Source: Wolbachia endosymbiont of Onchocerca ochengi
GTDB taxonomy: Bacteria; Pseudomonadota; Alphaproteobacteria; Rickettsiales; Anaplasmataceae
NCBI RefSeq assembly: GCF_000306885.1
Contig: NC_018267.1
Span: 720,001 to 752,000 of the forward strand
Direction of reading: 5' to 3'
Length of the DNA: 32,000 nt
Shown: positions 1-9,579 of the stretch, piece by piece
Layout of the letters: each line of letters starts with the position of its first letter
Numbering within the stretch: the first letter of the stretch is position 1
Notes under the pieces: generated by a model
The model's input: only the letters and a program-made list of their open reading frames with translations
What the model was told of the DNA's origin: nothing
The model's database searches: none
Translations under genes and position numbers: made by a program

Positions 1-1290
1 GGAACAGCTACTTCCCCATATTATCCGTTTGCATAAATTCAACATATAAACTGCGCTTAAAATAGTGCTAAGTGCAATAAGTCCTGTAAAAACTTTATTT
101 TTTTTAAACATTCCAATCATAACCAAAAACTCACCTATAAATCCAGACGTTCCAGGTAGTCCTATTGAAGCCATTGAAAATAAAATGAACATAAAGCCAA
201 ATTTTGGCATTGTGTTTACTATGCCAAAATACTTTGCAATTTTTAGTGTTCCAGTTCTAGTATGTAGCATTCCTACGCATAAAAATAAAGCAGCAGAAAT
301 AAGACCATGGCTAATCATCTGGAATATAGCACCAAGTATACCCTCTTCGCAAAATGAAAAGAGACCAGCAGTAACAATTCCCATATGCGCTATAGAAGAA
401 TAAGCTATTAACTTTTTTATATCGTCTTGAGCAAACGCAACTAGTGAGGTATAGATTCCTGTAATAATGCTGAGTATAACAACGAAATTTGAAAAATATA
501 AACTTGCCTGGGGAAGCATTGGAATAGAGAATCTTAAAAATCCGTATCCTCCCATTTTAATAAGCAAACCAGCTAAAACCACAGATCCAGAAGTTGGCGA
601 TTGCACATGCGCGTCAGGAAGCCAAGTATGAAATGGGAACATTGGTACTTTTATTGCAAAAGAAATAAAAAATGCGATCCATAACAATGATTGCACTCTA
701 AAATCAAGGCTTGGCATTAACGTGATCAGTTTCTGTATGTCGTACGTTTCAAAAACGCTATAAATATATACTAACCCAAGCAGAAACAATAATGAACCGG
801 TAAGTGTATATAGGAACAATTTAAACGTTGCATATATTCTGTATTTCCCTCCCCAAATGCCAATAATAAAGAACATTGGTACTAAAACAGCCTCAAAGAA
901 TACATAAAAACTTATAGCATTTAGTGAAATAAAAAAACCGATTATAAAACTTTCAAGCAGTAAAAACAATGCCATATATGGCTTTAGAGTTTTATAACTT
1001 ATTTTGCAATTGTAGAGTATACAGGTACCAAACAAGAAAGTTGTGAGTAGAAGGAAAAATAATGATATACCATCTACCCCTATTCCAACATTTCTAATCG
1101 GATAGCTAACAAACTGAAAACCAGCATTGGTATAATTGTATTTTATACAAGCCACAATGCTAAGCAAAAATGGAAGAGCAACAAAAAATAAGGCAAGGAA
1201 CCTTAGGTATATAGATTTATGACTAATCTTTATTAAAGATAAAATTAATGCTCCCATTAGTGGAAGTGAGAATATACTAAGTAATAACAC
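1..1290 (-). CDS. nuoM: NADH-quinone oxidoreductase subunit M (5' part; the 3' end lies beyond position 1)
   Basis: The minus-strand frame is open from 1290 to the window edge. It is absent from the ORF track because no stop falls inside the window. My translation contains ...VLVPMFFIIGIWGG..., ...FPFHTWLPDAHVQSPTSGSVVLAGLLIKMGGYGFLRF... and ...DIKKLIAYSSIAHMG..., which are hallmark NuoM/ND4 motifs. The start is either GTG at 1290 (VLLLSIFSLPLMGAL...) or ATG at 1257. It lies 3 nt downstream of the nuoL stop, in the same frame. Confidence 0.9.
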   Translation of the reverse strand, partial: MLLLSIFSLPLMGALILSLIKISHKSIYLRFLALFFVALPFLLSIVACIKYNYTNAGFQFVSYPIRNVGIGVDGISLFFLLLTTFLFGTCILYNCKISYKTLKPYMALFLLLESFIIGFFISLNAISFYVFFEAVLVPMFFIIGIWGGKYRIYATFKLFLYTLTGSLLFLLGLVYIYSVFETYDIQKLITLMPSLDFRVQSLLWIAFFISFAIKVPMFPFHTWLPDAHVQSPTSGSVVLAGLLIKMGGYGFLRFSIPMLPQASLYFSNFVVILSIITGIYTSLVAFAQDDIKKLIAYSSIAHMGIVTAGLFSFCEEGILGAIFQMISHGLISAALFLCVGMLHTRTGTLKIAKYFGIVNTMPKFGFMFILFSMASIGLPGTSGFIGEFLVMIGMFKKNKVFTGLIALSTILSAVYMLNLCKRIIWGSSCS

Positions 1291-1293
1291 TTT

Positions 1294-3150
1294 CTATTTA
1301 ATTCCAATAATATATAAAGCACTGATTATTAAAGCAATGAACATAATGAATGCATAATCGAATATGTAGCCAGTTTGTAATTTTATAGAATTTTTCGAAC
1401 ATTCACTAACTAATTTTATAACACCGTTTGGTCCGAATGAATCAATGATCTTGACATCAAATTTGTATAGAAGTTCAGATATAAACCTCGTTGGTACAAC
1501 TATAAAAAGTTCGTATATCTCATCAAAGTACCATTTATTCTGCAGAAATTTAAGTAAAAATTCACTTTTAATTTGTTTAATCGTTTGATAATAATAAGTC
1601 AAGTACGCAAATGCTATCCCACTCAGGCTTATTAAAATTGGTAGTAGTTTTATAAAGAAATCATGAACTTCATGCTCATCAGCAACCACTAAGCTTGACC
1701 TCCAAAATACATTATTAGTTATGTTTAAAATATTTACTCCCCATATTCCAGAAAACGCCGATCCAAAAGTAAGTATTGATAACGGTATAAGCATAACTAC
1801 TGGTGCTTCATGTATGTCAATTTTACTTTGCTTTCGGCTATGAAATACCAGAAGTAATACTCTCCAAGAGTAAAGCGCTGTAAAGAATGCAACAACTAAA
1901 CTTATTATAAAAGCAAAGCTGTCTGTATCATAAGCATGCTTAATTATCAAATCCTTTGAATAAAAACCTGCAAATGGAAATATTCCAGAAAGCGCAAGAG
2001 AGCCAATCCACATAGAAGCGTAGGTATAGGGAATTTTCTTCCAGCAATTTTCCATTTTTTGAATGTTCTGTTCATGATGCATTGCGTAAATCACATTACC
2101 TGCGCTAAGGAATAGCAAAGCTTTCAAAAAAGCGTGTGTCATCAAATGAAAAACAGCAATATTGTAAGCAGAAAGGCCACACGCTATGAACATATAACCA
2201 AGTTGACTACAGGTTGAATAAGCAATTACTTTCTTTATATCATTTTGAGTGATTGCAACGGTAGCTGCAAAAAAAGCAGTAAGTTCACCAACAATAACTA
2301 TTAATTCTCTTGCTACTTTTGATAGTTCAAACAGTGGAGAACATTTTGCTACTAAGAATACACCTGCTGTTACCATTGTTGCCGCATGAATAAGCGCAGA
2401 GACAGGAGTTGGCCCTTCCATTGCATCTGGTAACCAAACATGTAGGCCGAGCTGAGCAGATTTTCCCATACAGCCAATAAAAAGCAGTACACATATTACA
2501 TCGATTATTTTTAGTTCACAGCAGAATGCCCTAATGTTCCTTGTACCAAGAAGATTAGCTGTATCAAAAATTTCAGTGAATCTCAAAGAATGAAATGTGT
2601 AATAAATTAGAAAAACTCCAATTAATAGTACAAAGTCTCCTACTCTATTTGTAACAAATGCTTTGAGTGCCGCATTATTCGCAGAGTATTTTTGAAACCA
2701 AAACCCTATAAGCAAATAAGAGCATAAACCAACTCCTTCCCAACCAAAGAAAAGCTGCACGAAATTGTCACTTACAACTAACATAATCATACAAAATGTA
2801 AATAACGACAAATAAGAGAAAAACCTTGATTTTCCTTTATCGTGTTTCATATAACCGATAGAGTAGAGGTGAACTACTAGAGAAACAGTGGTAACAACAA
2901 CCAGCATTAAAGATGAAAGAGCATCCATATTAATTGCCCAATTCACTTTTAATTCACTTAATGAAAGTAGAGGAAATAAACTTAAGTGGTAATTTTCAGA
3001 GAAAGCAAGAAAAACATGCCAAGATAAAACTGCAGATATTCCGACTCCTACAGTTGTAATTAACTGACTGAAAATATCCTTTTTAAAAAGGGCTGCAAAC
3101 AATGAAGTAAAAAGTGGCAAAAACACTATTAATTTTAATATATTCGTCAT
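1294..3150 (-). CDS. nuoL: NADH-quinone oxidoreductase subunit L
   Basis: 618-aa polytopic membrane ORF with an ATG start. NuoL/ND5 motifs are WEGVGLCSYLLIGFW and GPTPVSALIHAATMVTAGVFL. It sits in nuoJ-K-L-M order. Confidence 0.95.
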   Translation of the reverse strand: MTNILKLIVFLPLFTSLFAALFKKDIFSQLITTVGVGISAVLSWHVFLAFSENYHLSLFPLLSLSELKVNWAINMDALSSLMLVVVTTVSLVVHLYSIGYMKHDKGKSRFFSYLSLFTFCMIMLVVSDNFVQLFFGWEGVGLCSYLLIGFWFQKYSANNAALKAFVTNRVGDFVLLIGVFLIYYTFHSLRFTEIFDTANLLGTRNIRAFCCELKIIDVICVLLFIGCMGKSAQLGLHVWLPDAMEGPTPVSALIHAATMVTAGVFLVAKCSPLFELSKVARELIVIVGELTAFFAATVAITQNDIKKVIAYSTCSQLGYMFIACGLSAYNIAVFHLMTHAFLKALLFLSAGNVIYAMHHEQNIQKMENCWKKIPYTYASMWIGSLALSGIFPFAGFYSKDLIIKHAYDTDSFAFIISLVVAFFTALYSWRVLLLVFHSRKQSKIDIHEAPVVMLIPLSILTFGSAFSGIWGVNILNITNNVFWRSSLVVADEHEVHDFFIKLLPILISLSGIAFAYLTYYYQTIKQIKSEFLLKFLQNKWYFDEIYELFIVVPTRFISELLYKFDVKIIDSFGPNGVIKLVSECSKNSIKLQTGYIFDYAFIMFIALIISALYIIGIK

Positions 3151-3154
3151 ATTT

Positions 3155-3463
3155 TTATTCCTTCATTAAGTTTACCTGCTCAATATCTATGTTGCCGTGA
3201 TTTCTATGGTATACAACTAATATTGCAAGTCCTATTCCTGACTCAGCTGCTGCAACAGTTAATACAAACATGACAAAAATTTGCCCGATTATGTTATTCA
3301 TAAAAGCAGAAAAAGCAACTAGATTGATGTTAATTGCTAGTAATAATATTTCTATTGATAATAATATGTTGATTATGCTCTTGCGGTTGATAAAAATACC
3401 ACACACTCCAATAGTGAATAAAATAGCAGCAACTACCAAGAAATGATTTAATCCTATTTCCAT
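3155..3463 (-). CDS. nuoK: NADH-quinone oxidoreductase subunit K
   Basis: 102-aa protein with three predicted TM segments and the conserved [16 protein letters not shown] segment. It lies 4 nt upstream of nuoL and overlaps the nuoJ 3' end by 10 nt. Confidence 0.95.
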   Translation of the reverse strand: MEIGLNHFLVVAAILFTIGVCGIFINRKSIINILLSIEILLLAININLVAFSAFMNNIIGQIFVMFVLTVAAAESGIGLAILVVYHRNHGNIDIEQVNLMKE

Positions 3464-4041
3464 TTCACTCCTTTTCCAAATTTAGCCTTAACTAATCTTA
3501 CAGATGAGGATTGTGTTAATTGTTTTAACACATTTTGTCTTTTAATTCCTTTTTTCTTATCTTGCGAGGCAAGAGCAATTGTGCCTACAATTGCGGTGAG
3601 TAGCAGAATGCCAGAAAGATGAAAGGCGTACATGTAATCAGTATACAGCAAATCACCGATAGCTTTCATATTATTCATGCTATAGTTTATACCATTGTTT
3701 ATATTTAACGCTGAGTTGAGAATTATAAAACTGATAACCAGAAAAAATACAACAGATAATATGGTACTAAGGACTAAATGTTTCGTGAAACCCTGACGCA
3801 GTTTTATATAGTCAATATCGAGCATCATAACTACAAAGAGAAATAACACTGCAACTGCGCCTATATATACTATTAGTAGTATCATAGCAATAAACTCAGC
3901 TCCAAGAAGGATAAAAAGAACTGTAGAGTTAACGAAGGTGAAAATTAAAAATAACACTGCATGAACAGGATTCCTTACACTGATCACATAAATAGCAGAT
4001 AGAATGCTGAGGATTGCAAAAAGATAAAAGAAAAAAGCCAT
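3454..4041 (-). CDS. nuoJ: NADH-quinone oxidoreductase subunit J
   Basis: The ORF-track frame is 3454..4068. I prefer the ATG at 4041 ([12 protein letters not shown]...[13 protein letters not shown]), which matches the usual NuoJ N-terminus. The GTG at 4068 is an alternative start. Confidence 0.9.
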   Translation of the reverse strand: MAFFFYLFAILSILSAIYVISVRNPVHAVLFLIFTFVNSTVLFILLGAEFIAMILLIVYIGAVAVLFLFVVMMLDIDYIKLRQGFTKHLVLSTILSVVFFLVISFIILNSALNINNGINYSMNNMKAIGDLLYTDYMYAFHLSGILLLTAIVGTIALASQDKKKGIKRQNVLKQLTQSSSVRLVKAKFGKGVKWK

Positions 4042-4863
4042 TGATACTTTAATTGCAACAATAGTCACTAATTTAAAGTAACTATTATTATGAAGTCAAT
4101 AAACTTCTCACATGGCATAAAGTTATTTCGTTTAACTTTTCAATTTTGGCAGATTAAAATGGTAAAAAGTTTATATTTAATGTATGACTGTTTAGTTTTT
4201 TATACTATGTTTGCTTTTATGTTTTTATAAATTCTCTTAGGTTCTAAGCTTTTATCTATATAAGCTGAAGTATACTTATTTATAAAGTACTCAAGACATT
4301 ATCTAACGCTAAATTTTAAAATAGAGAATAAGATGATTAGCTTGTGGGTTTTCTTTGTTTTTTTCTCTGCTTAGTAAGTTTCTTTTAATATTAGGGTTAG
4401 GGGCTAAAGGTCAGCTGTATTTCAAATACGGTTGAATTGTATATTGAAGGCTAAAAAAAAAACGCTCTAAGTTTCTTCCTATTTTTTCTATTTAATAAAT
4501 TTTTTAAATATTAATAACTAGAGTAGTACTAACAGCTTTTGCTTAGCTATTTATTAATGCTATAACGGCATAACATAAGAAAATTTAGCTACTAGCATAA
4601 CACAAGATCAGCTGTTTTTTTATGCTTACCAAATCAAACCAGTTTACTTGTGAGCAAATGACCTTTTGGATATCTTCAGTAATTTAACTAGCTGTTAACC
4701 TAATGTTTGGTTTTTTGTGATACAGAACAACTTTGGAATATTAAAAAAATTGTGTTATTTTTTCAAATTCCTTACCATGATATTATTATCCATATCTTAA
4801 GCTACTGCTCGATATGCTGGAATTTTTTTTAATAACACTTGATAGTGCTATAATGAACATTTA

Positions 4864-4898
4864 AAATACACACCACATTTTAAATATGGCGTGTATTT
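4864..4898 (-). terminator. Candidate rho-independent terminator of the outer-membrane protein gene
   Basis: Arms AAATACACACC (4864-4874) and GGCGTGTATTT (4888-4898) pair at 10 of 11 positions around a 13-nt loop. The hairpin starts 7 nt after the stop codon (4906-4908). On the minus strand the stem ends in a short U-run (GUGUAUUUU AAA). Confidence 0.45.
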
Positions 4899-4905
4899 TC
4901 GCCAA

Positions 4906-6771
4906 TTAGAAGGAAAACCTTATACCAGTAAGGAAAAGCATTCCCTGATTAGACGCAGCGGTAAGCTTCTCTTTGTATCCTTTGTCATCAGTCATAAAAT
5001 AATGAACAACTGCATAAGGGACAAACTTACTTTTACTGCAAGTAGAGGAGAGATCATATTGAACGCCAAGTGCAATATCATGAAGCTTATTTCCATCACC
5101 TGCTTTACTACCAAAGTAAGTCAAGCTTGTGTAGAAGTTCTCATACTGATAACCAGTACCCGTAGTCCAATACATGGTGCTTTTATCATTTCTTTCAAAT
5201 TTAGTCTCTGACTCTTCCATTTTTTCTCTATTGTCACCAATAGTATTTTCAATCTCAATTTTCTGATAGTTGCCATTAATTAATTTTTTGATATTCTTTG
5301 GTTGGTCAGATTTGCCTAAGTATGCAAAAGATGTAGCAAATTTTATATCCCTATCCTCATTAATTTTATAGTCAGCACTTACACCTAAATTAACGCCTAT
5401 CAGATTATTGTATTCTACATATTCATTATAGAAGAGTTGATTTTCATTTAGTTGTCTCGGTAGCCCATATTCACCAGTCATAGAAGTTTTGATTTTTACA
5501 TTATATTTATTGAAATCATATTCATACGATACACCAGCACTTACTATATGCTCATAATCTGGACCGATATGTTTCTTATTCTCTATAACAAATAAACTAC
5601 TATCATAGCGAGGTGAATAGCCAATGCCGAGTTTTGCACCCATATAACTTGGCGAGTAATAAGCAACTCTAAACGGCAGTGTAGTCATAACATCTTTATG
5701 GTATTTTCCTGCCATATAGAAAGAGAAAGTTTCACTTCCACTTGAAAAACTTTCAGTGTGAAGACGTGGTGTCACATAAAATGGAAAATTTTTGTTAATC
5801 CCTTCTAAGTTTACTTTTCTAAACCAATTGCTATCTGCAGCTCCGTCAACGGTTGCAATTCTCGTTGCGTCAAGCCTCATCAAAGCTTCAGGACCAAACT
5901 GATAACCAAGTTTCAAGTCACCATATTTTGAATTCAAAAATAAGTGTGCACTTCTACCTCTTACCACATTAACACCTTGTGAAGCTCCTTTGCCTTCAGT
6001 AAGTGGAACTTGGAGTTGCACGTCAGCACCATAAAGAAGTCCTAAATCCTCATTTTTATTTTCTGCTTTTAAGTGCAACATTGCATCTGTAATCATACCT
6101 GTATCATTGCTATAATCACCGATATTTTCTGTCTGCCCAAATATTGGATGCAACCCTGTTGTCTGATTGTTAGGATTAGTATAACAATTTATCATATTGT
6201 TATAACACTTATAATCTTCACCACTTGGTCCTGTTTTGCCATAGCCTTGGGCATCAACAGCACCACCGAAAGTTATTTTCAAACCACTTTTCCCTCGGTT
6301 GGTATTGATAATATCAACGTCACCGATTGAGACTACAGGATTTGCATTACCTTTTTCTCCTGTATGTTGATTAATAACTTTTATATTATCTTTTGTAACT
6401 TTTGCTTCGATTTTAGTCTTCTTAGTTTTAGAGCTTTCTAAGTTGGAATTCTCAACATTTAGAACCTTTGCTTTTTTCTCATTTACTAGCTTTTCCTTTT
6501 CTTTCTTTTTTTTAGCTGCTAGCTTCAGTTCCTCACTTTTCTTAAGCTCTTCAGCTTCTTTTCTTGGATCAGCATTACATATCCGGTCCATTTTCTCTTT
6601 TAGTTTTTTATTTGATGTTTTCATAACTTCCATTCTTGCAGAAGTTGTTGTACCCTCTTGCTTTTTTACTTCCTTCATATTTTCATTAGAAAAGTCAGCA
6701 GCAAAACTGCTGAAAGAATATAAAGCTAATAAAGAAGCTAGAGCAGTTTTAGTGTAGGTAGATTTTTTCAT
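4906..6771 (-). CDS. Outer-membrane beta-barrel / porin-like surface protein with a Lys/Glu-rich N-terminal region
   Basis: The start is set at the ATG at 6771, preceded by GGGGG 7 nt upstream as an SD-like element. The product opens with the signal peptide MKKSTYTKTALASLLALYSFSSFA-ADF. A charged K/E-rich stretch of roughly 100 aa follows. The rest (about 480 aa) is rich in alternating Gly/Tyr/aromatic beta-strand-like segments and ends in the OMP-type terminal ...GIRFSF. At about 70 kDa it may belong to the Anaplasmataceae Esp73/Asp62-type surface proteins, but that is recalled, not verified. Confidence 0.8.
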   Translation of the reverse strand: MKKSTYTKTALASLLALYSFSSFAADFSNENMKEVKKQEGTTTSARMEVMKTSNKKLKEKMDRICNADPRKEAEELKKSEELKLAAKKKKEKEKLVNEKKAKVLNVENSNLESSKTKKTKIEAKVTKDNIKVINQHTGEKGNANPVVSIGDVDIINTNRGKSGLKITFGGAVDAQGYGKTGPSGEDYKCYNNMINCYTNPNNQTTGLHPIFGQTENIGDYSNDTGMITDAMLHLKAENKNEDLGLLYGADVQLQVPLTEGKGASQGVNVVRGRSAHLFLNSKYGDLKLGYQFGPEALMRLDATRIATVDGAADSNWFRKVNLEGINKNFPFYVTPRLHTESFSSGSETFSFYMAGKYHKDVMTTLPFRVAYYSPSYMGAKLGIGYSPRYDSSLFVIENKKHIGPDYEHIVSAGVSYEYDFNKYNVKIKTSMTGEYGLPRQLNENQLFYNEYVEYNNLIGVNLGVSADYKINEDRDIKFATSFAYLGKSDQPKNIKKLINGNYQKIEIENTIGDNREKMEESETKFERNDKSTMYWTTGTGYQYENFYTSLTYFGSKAGDGNKLHDIALGVQYDLSSTCSKSKFVPYAVVHYFMTDDKGYKEKLTAASNQGMLFLTGIRFSF

Positions 6772-9579
6772 GAAAGTGCCCCCAAAAAATTTCAAAATCA
6801 TTATTCTAAATGTAAAATAGTATAAAAGTGTTGAAAATTCAACTCAAAGCAACCTTATAGCTGAAACAAAAGTAAAATGCAACATCTTTAAGAGCAACTT
6901 TTTTTAATATGCTAACGTATGTGTTAATCAAAACTCAATGTGGAGGTTAAGTATTCTTTGCTTGTTATCTGTATTATAATCTAGCTGTCTACCTTGTGGA
7001 GTGAGACTTTTCATGATAGAATAATAGATTAAGAATGAAAAACTCTTATAAAATACTTTAATAAGTATTAAAATAATTATTGATAATAACATAGGTTCAT
7101 AGTCAGTAGGTAAAGTTACTTAGATAAATCCAGATATTTTATATAGATTTTAAGCCTTTTATGAAATTAGTTTAATATTGCAAACACCAGTATAAGTTAT
7201 GCGAGCTCCAAAATCAGGTAATACTGAACAAATCAAGCTCCATCTCATTAGATACCGGTAAATGCAAGATAGAAAAATGTGGCAATGAATTTGAGATTAT
7301 TGAAGGTTATGTATTTATAAATACTTATAACTTAAATCAAATCATCCTTTACTTGTCTAGATTATTTATTGTAATAACAATTCGATATCTTCTAGCATAG
7401 GATACAAAATTAGAGCCAAGTTTATTGAAGAGGGATCATAATAGTATTATTCATTTTGTTATAGTGGTGAAAAGTGTGCTAATTTTGTTTTTGTGAAAGA
7501 TAGGAACATAATAGCCATAGCTTATTTCTGTACTCTATTATAAAAAGTTTTAATTATATAATATCGATATAGGTGCATTTTTGCTATTCAGAACTTTCAT
7601 CTGATTACAGAAGAATTTATTGTAATTTCTATAACTCACTTATAGATTTGCGGTCTAATTTCTTCATAATATTTTTAAATCTTATGCTGAAGAATAAGGG
7701 TCAAAAATTAAAGATTTTAAAATTAATCTTGCAGGTTATAGTATAGGAAGAGTGTTACTAAAATAGCTATTTTATATCTTAATGAAACCGAAGATGCTAA
7801 AAGATGCTTGTGTTGTAATTTTTGTCGATTTGGTGGTTTTCGACTTCACTACTAGTGAATTTCATAATAACGTTCTTTTCGAGAACGAACTATTAGGTGG
7901 TAACTCAACACAGACAAGATCCAGTGCTAGTAGAGTAAATACTTGGTTCGTTTGATCACGCTTATGTAAAGTGTATAATTAAGAAATTAACCTAAAATTA
8001 GAAGAATATTCTGCTTATAAGATAAATAATGCCATTATAGAGATATTAAGATAATGCACGAAGTTGATTTTTAATCAAATAAATAGTTTGCCGTTTCTCT
8101 ATTTACTAACCTCTGAGAATGCTAGGTAAAATCAACTGTGCGGCTTTGGGTAGTGCTTAATTATGCTATTAATTTAGTTGAATATGATTTTGATTAATCA
8201 AATTTCTCTGAAAAAGTAAAAGGTAAGCACAAAAATTCTTTTCAAACTAGACAAGCAGAAGATAAACTTAAAAGTCTTGTTCAGAAGGTAAGTAGGAGTT
8301 GAGTCACATAGAAGTTACCTGCTATGATGAGGCTAAGTAATTAACATTTAAATATATGATTAAAATAACTCTTCAGGGGATGACATGGAGGGTTAAGTTT
8401 TTGTATCCTATGAAGGAAGGTAAAGCTTATTGTTTGCTTCTGTTGTGTATATGTTTAGCATAAGTTAGAAAATTACACTATCTACCGTTCCAAGTTGAAT
8501 AGGTATAAGTTTTTTTGTGGAATTTAGGGCACTGGAGGGAAAATTTTGTTTAGGTTGCCGTTCTCTATGGAAAAATCTATATAGCATTACTAATACTATA
8601 AGTGCTATATTATTATGCATTACAATATGCTCTCTGAAAATATACATGCTGTTCCATCAACATAACCTGAACGTTTAAGATCACATTCATATCAAAGTTT
8701 TTCATGGAGATCTCTCTCTATCTAAAAATCTATGGTTGTAAAAGTTACTATTTTACAGTGTATTTCTCAATCCTAATCAGCAGCCTGCGATAATTTGTTT
8801 AGTGTCACTATGAACAAAAAAAGTGAAAGGTTATACGCACTTTTATTAGCTCTTTTTATTAATTGTTTAAGCAAGAATCCAATATCTCTATTATTTGTGG
8901 ATTAGGGTGTTCAATTTTTACCTTTAATTCCTCTATTCAAAGCATCAAAGCACTTTAATTAAACAAACGTATGAAATCTTCTAGGGTTTATAAACTCGAT
9001 ATAATAAATCCACTTGGGACAGAGAGAGCTGCATGCCTTATATATCACAACTTTTTAAGTTATCCATAATAAGATGAGTTATCATTTAGCGATCATAGCA
9101 AGTTTCCTTATACCTAATGAACGATTTTTCTTGTTGGTTAAGTAATAAGCTCTATAAATTTACTGTAAAAATAATATGCCGTTATATAATATGTTTTAAG
9201 AACTTTAATAAAGTGCCTAAGTCAATTTGAATTTAACACTTGCTTTATTCTGATAAGTTAATCGTTGCTGCCTTCAAAGTTAGTTAGATTAAATACCATA
9301 TAGTACATTCTTTATTTTTAATAATGAGGGGCTATGCTTCAGGCAATTTTCTGTTTAATGCTTTTGACCTAATTGATTGGCTAACTCACCATACAGAAAG
9401 CCAAACTCTTAAACTCTTTTACGACACACTCTTAAGCTTTTTCTGTGTGACAATCACCATATAAATAATGTGAAAAACATTGATGCTAAATCTATGTTAA
9501 TTACTATAAGATCCTGGTCTGTTTTACACTAAGACCCATAGCTTTAGGTAGATACCTTAAGCAATTAAAATTGTTTGAT

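Noticed and set aside
65-403. 112-aa plus-strand ORF from the ORF track
   Set aside because: It lies entirely antisense to the well-supported nuoM frame. The product is low in complexity with no recognisable motif, a typical shadow ORF.
4891-6757. Plus-strand ORFs 4891-5211, 6073-6330 and 6443-6757
   Set aside because: All are antisense to the outer-membrane protein gene. The 6443-6757 product (FSFSFFFLAASFSSSLF...) is simply the complement of the Lys/Glu-rich codons.
4786-9068. Two DnaA-box-like 9-mers TTATCCATA (4786-4794 and 9060-9068) as a hint of a replication origin
   Set aside because: Each has one mismatch to the consensus. About one such match is expected by chance in this window. 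There is no cluster, no adjacent dnaA or AT-rich unwinding-element arrangement, and no visible strand-bias switch.
7782-9464. Short spacer ORFs 7782-7955 (+, 57 aa), 8465-8647 (-, 60 aa) and 9324-9464 (+, 46 aa)
   Set aside because: Their lengths fall within what chance gives at this base composition across about 7.5 kb of spacer on two strands. None has a recognisable motif. They are mentioned only as possible gene relics.
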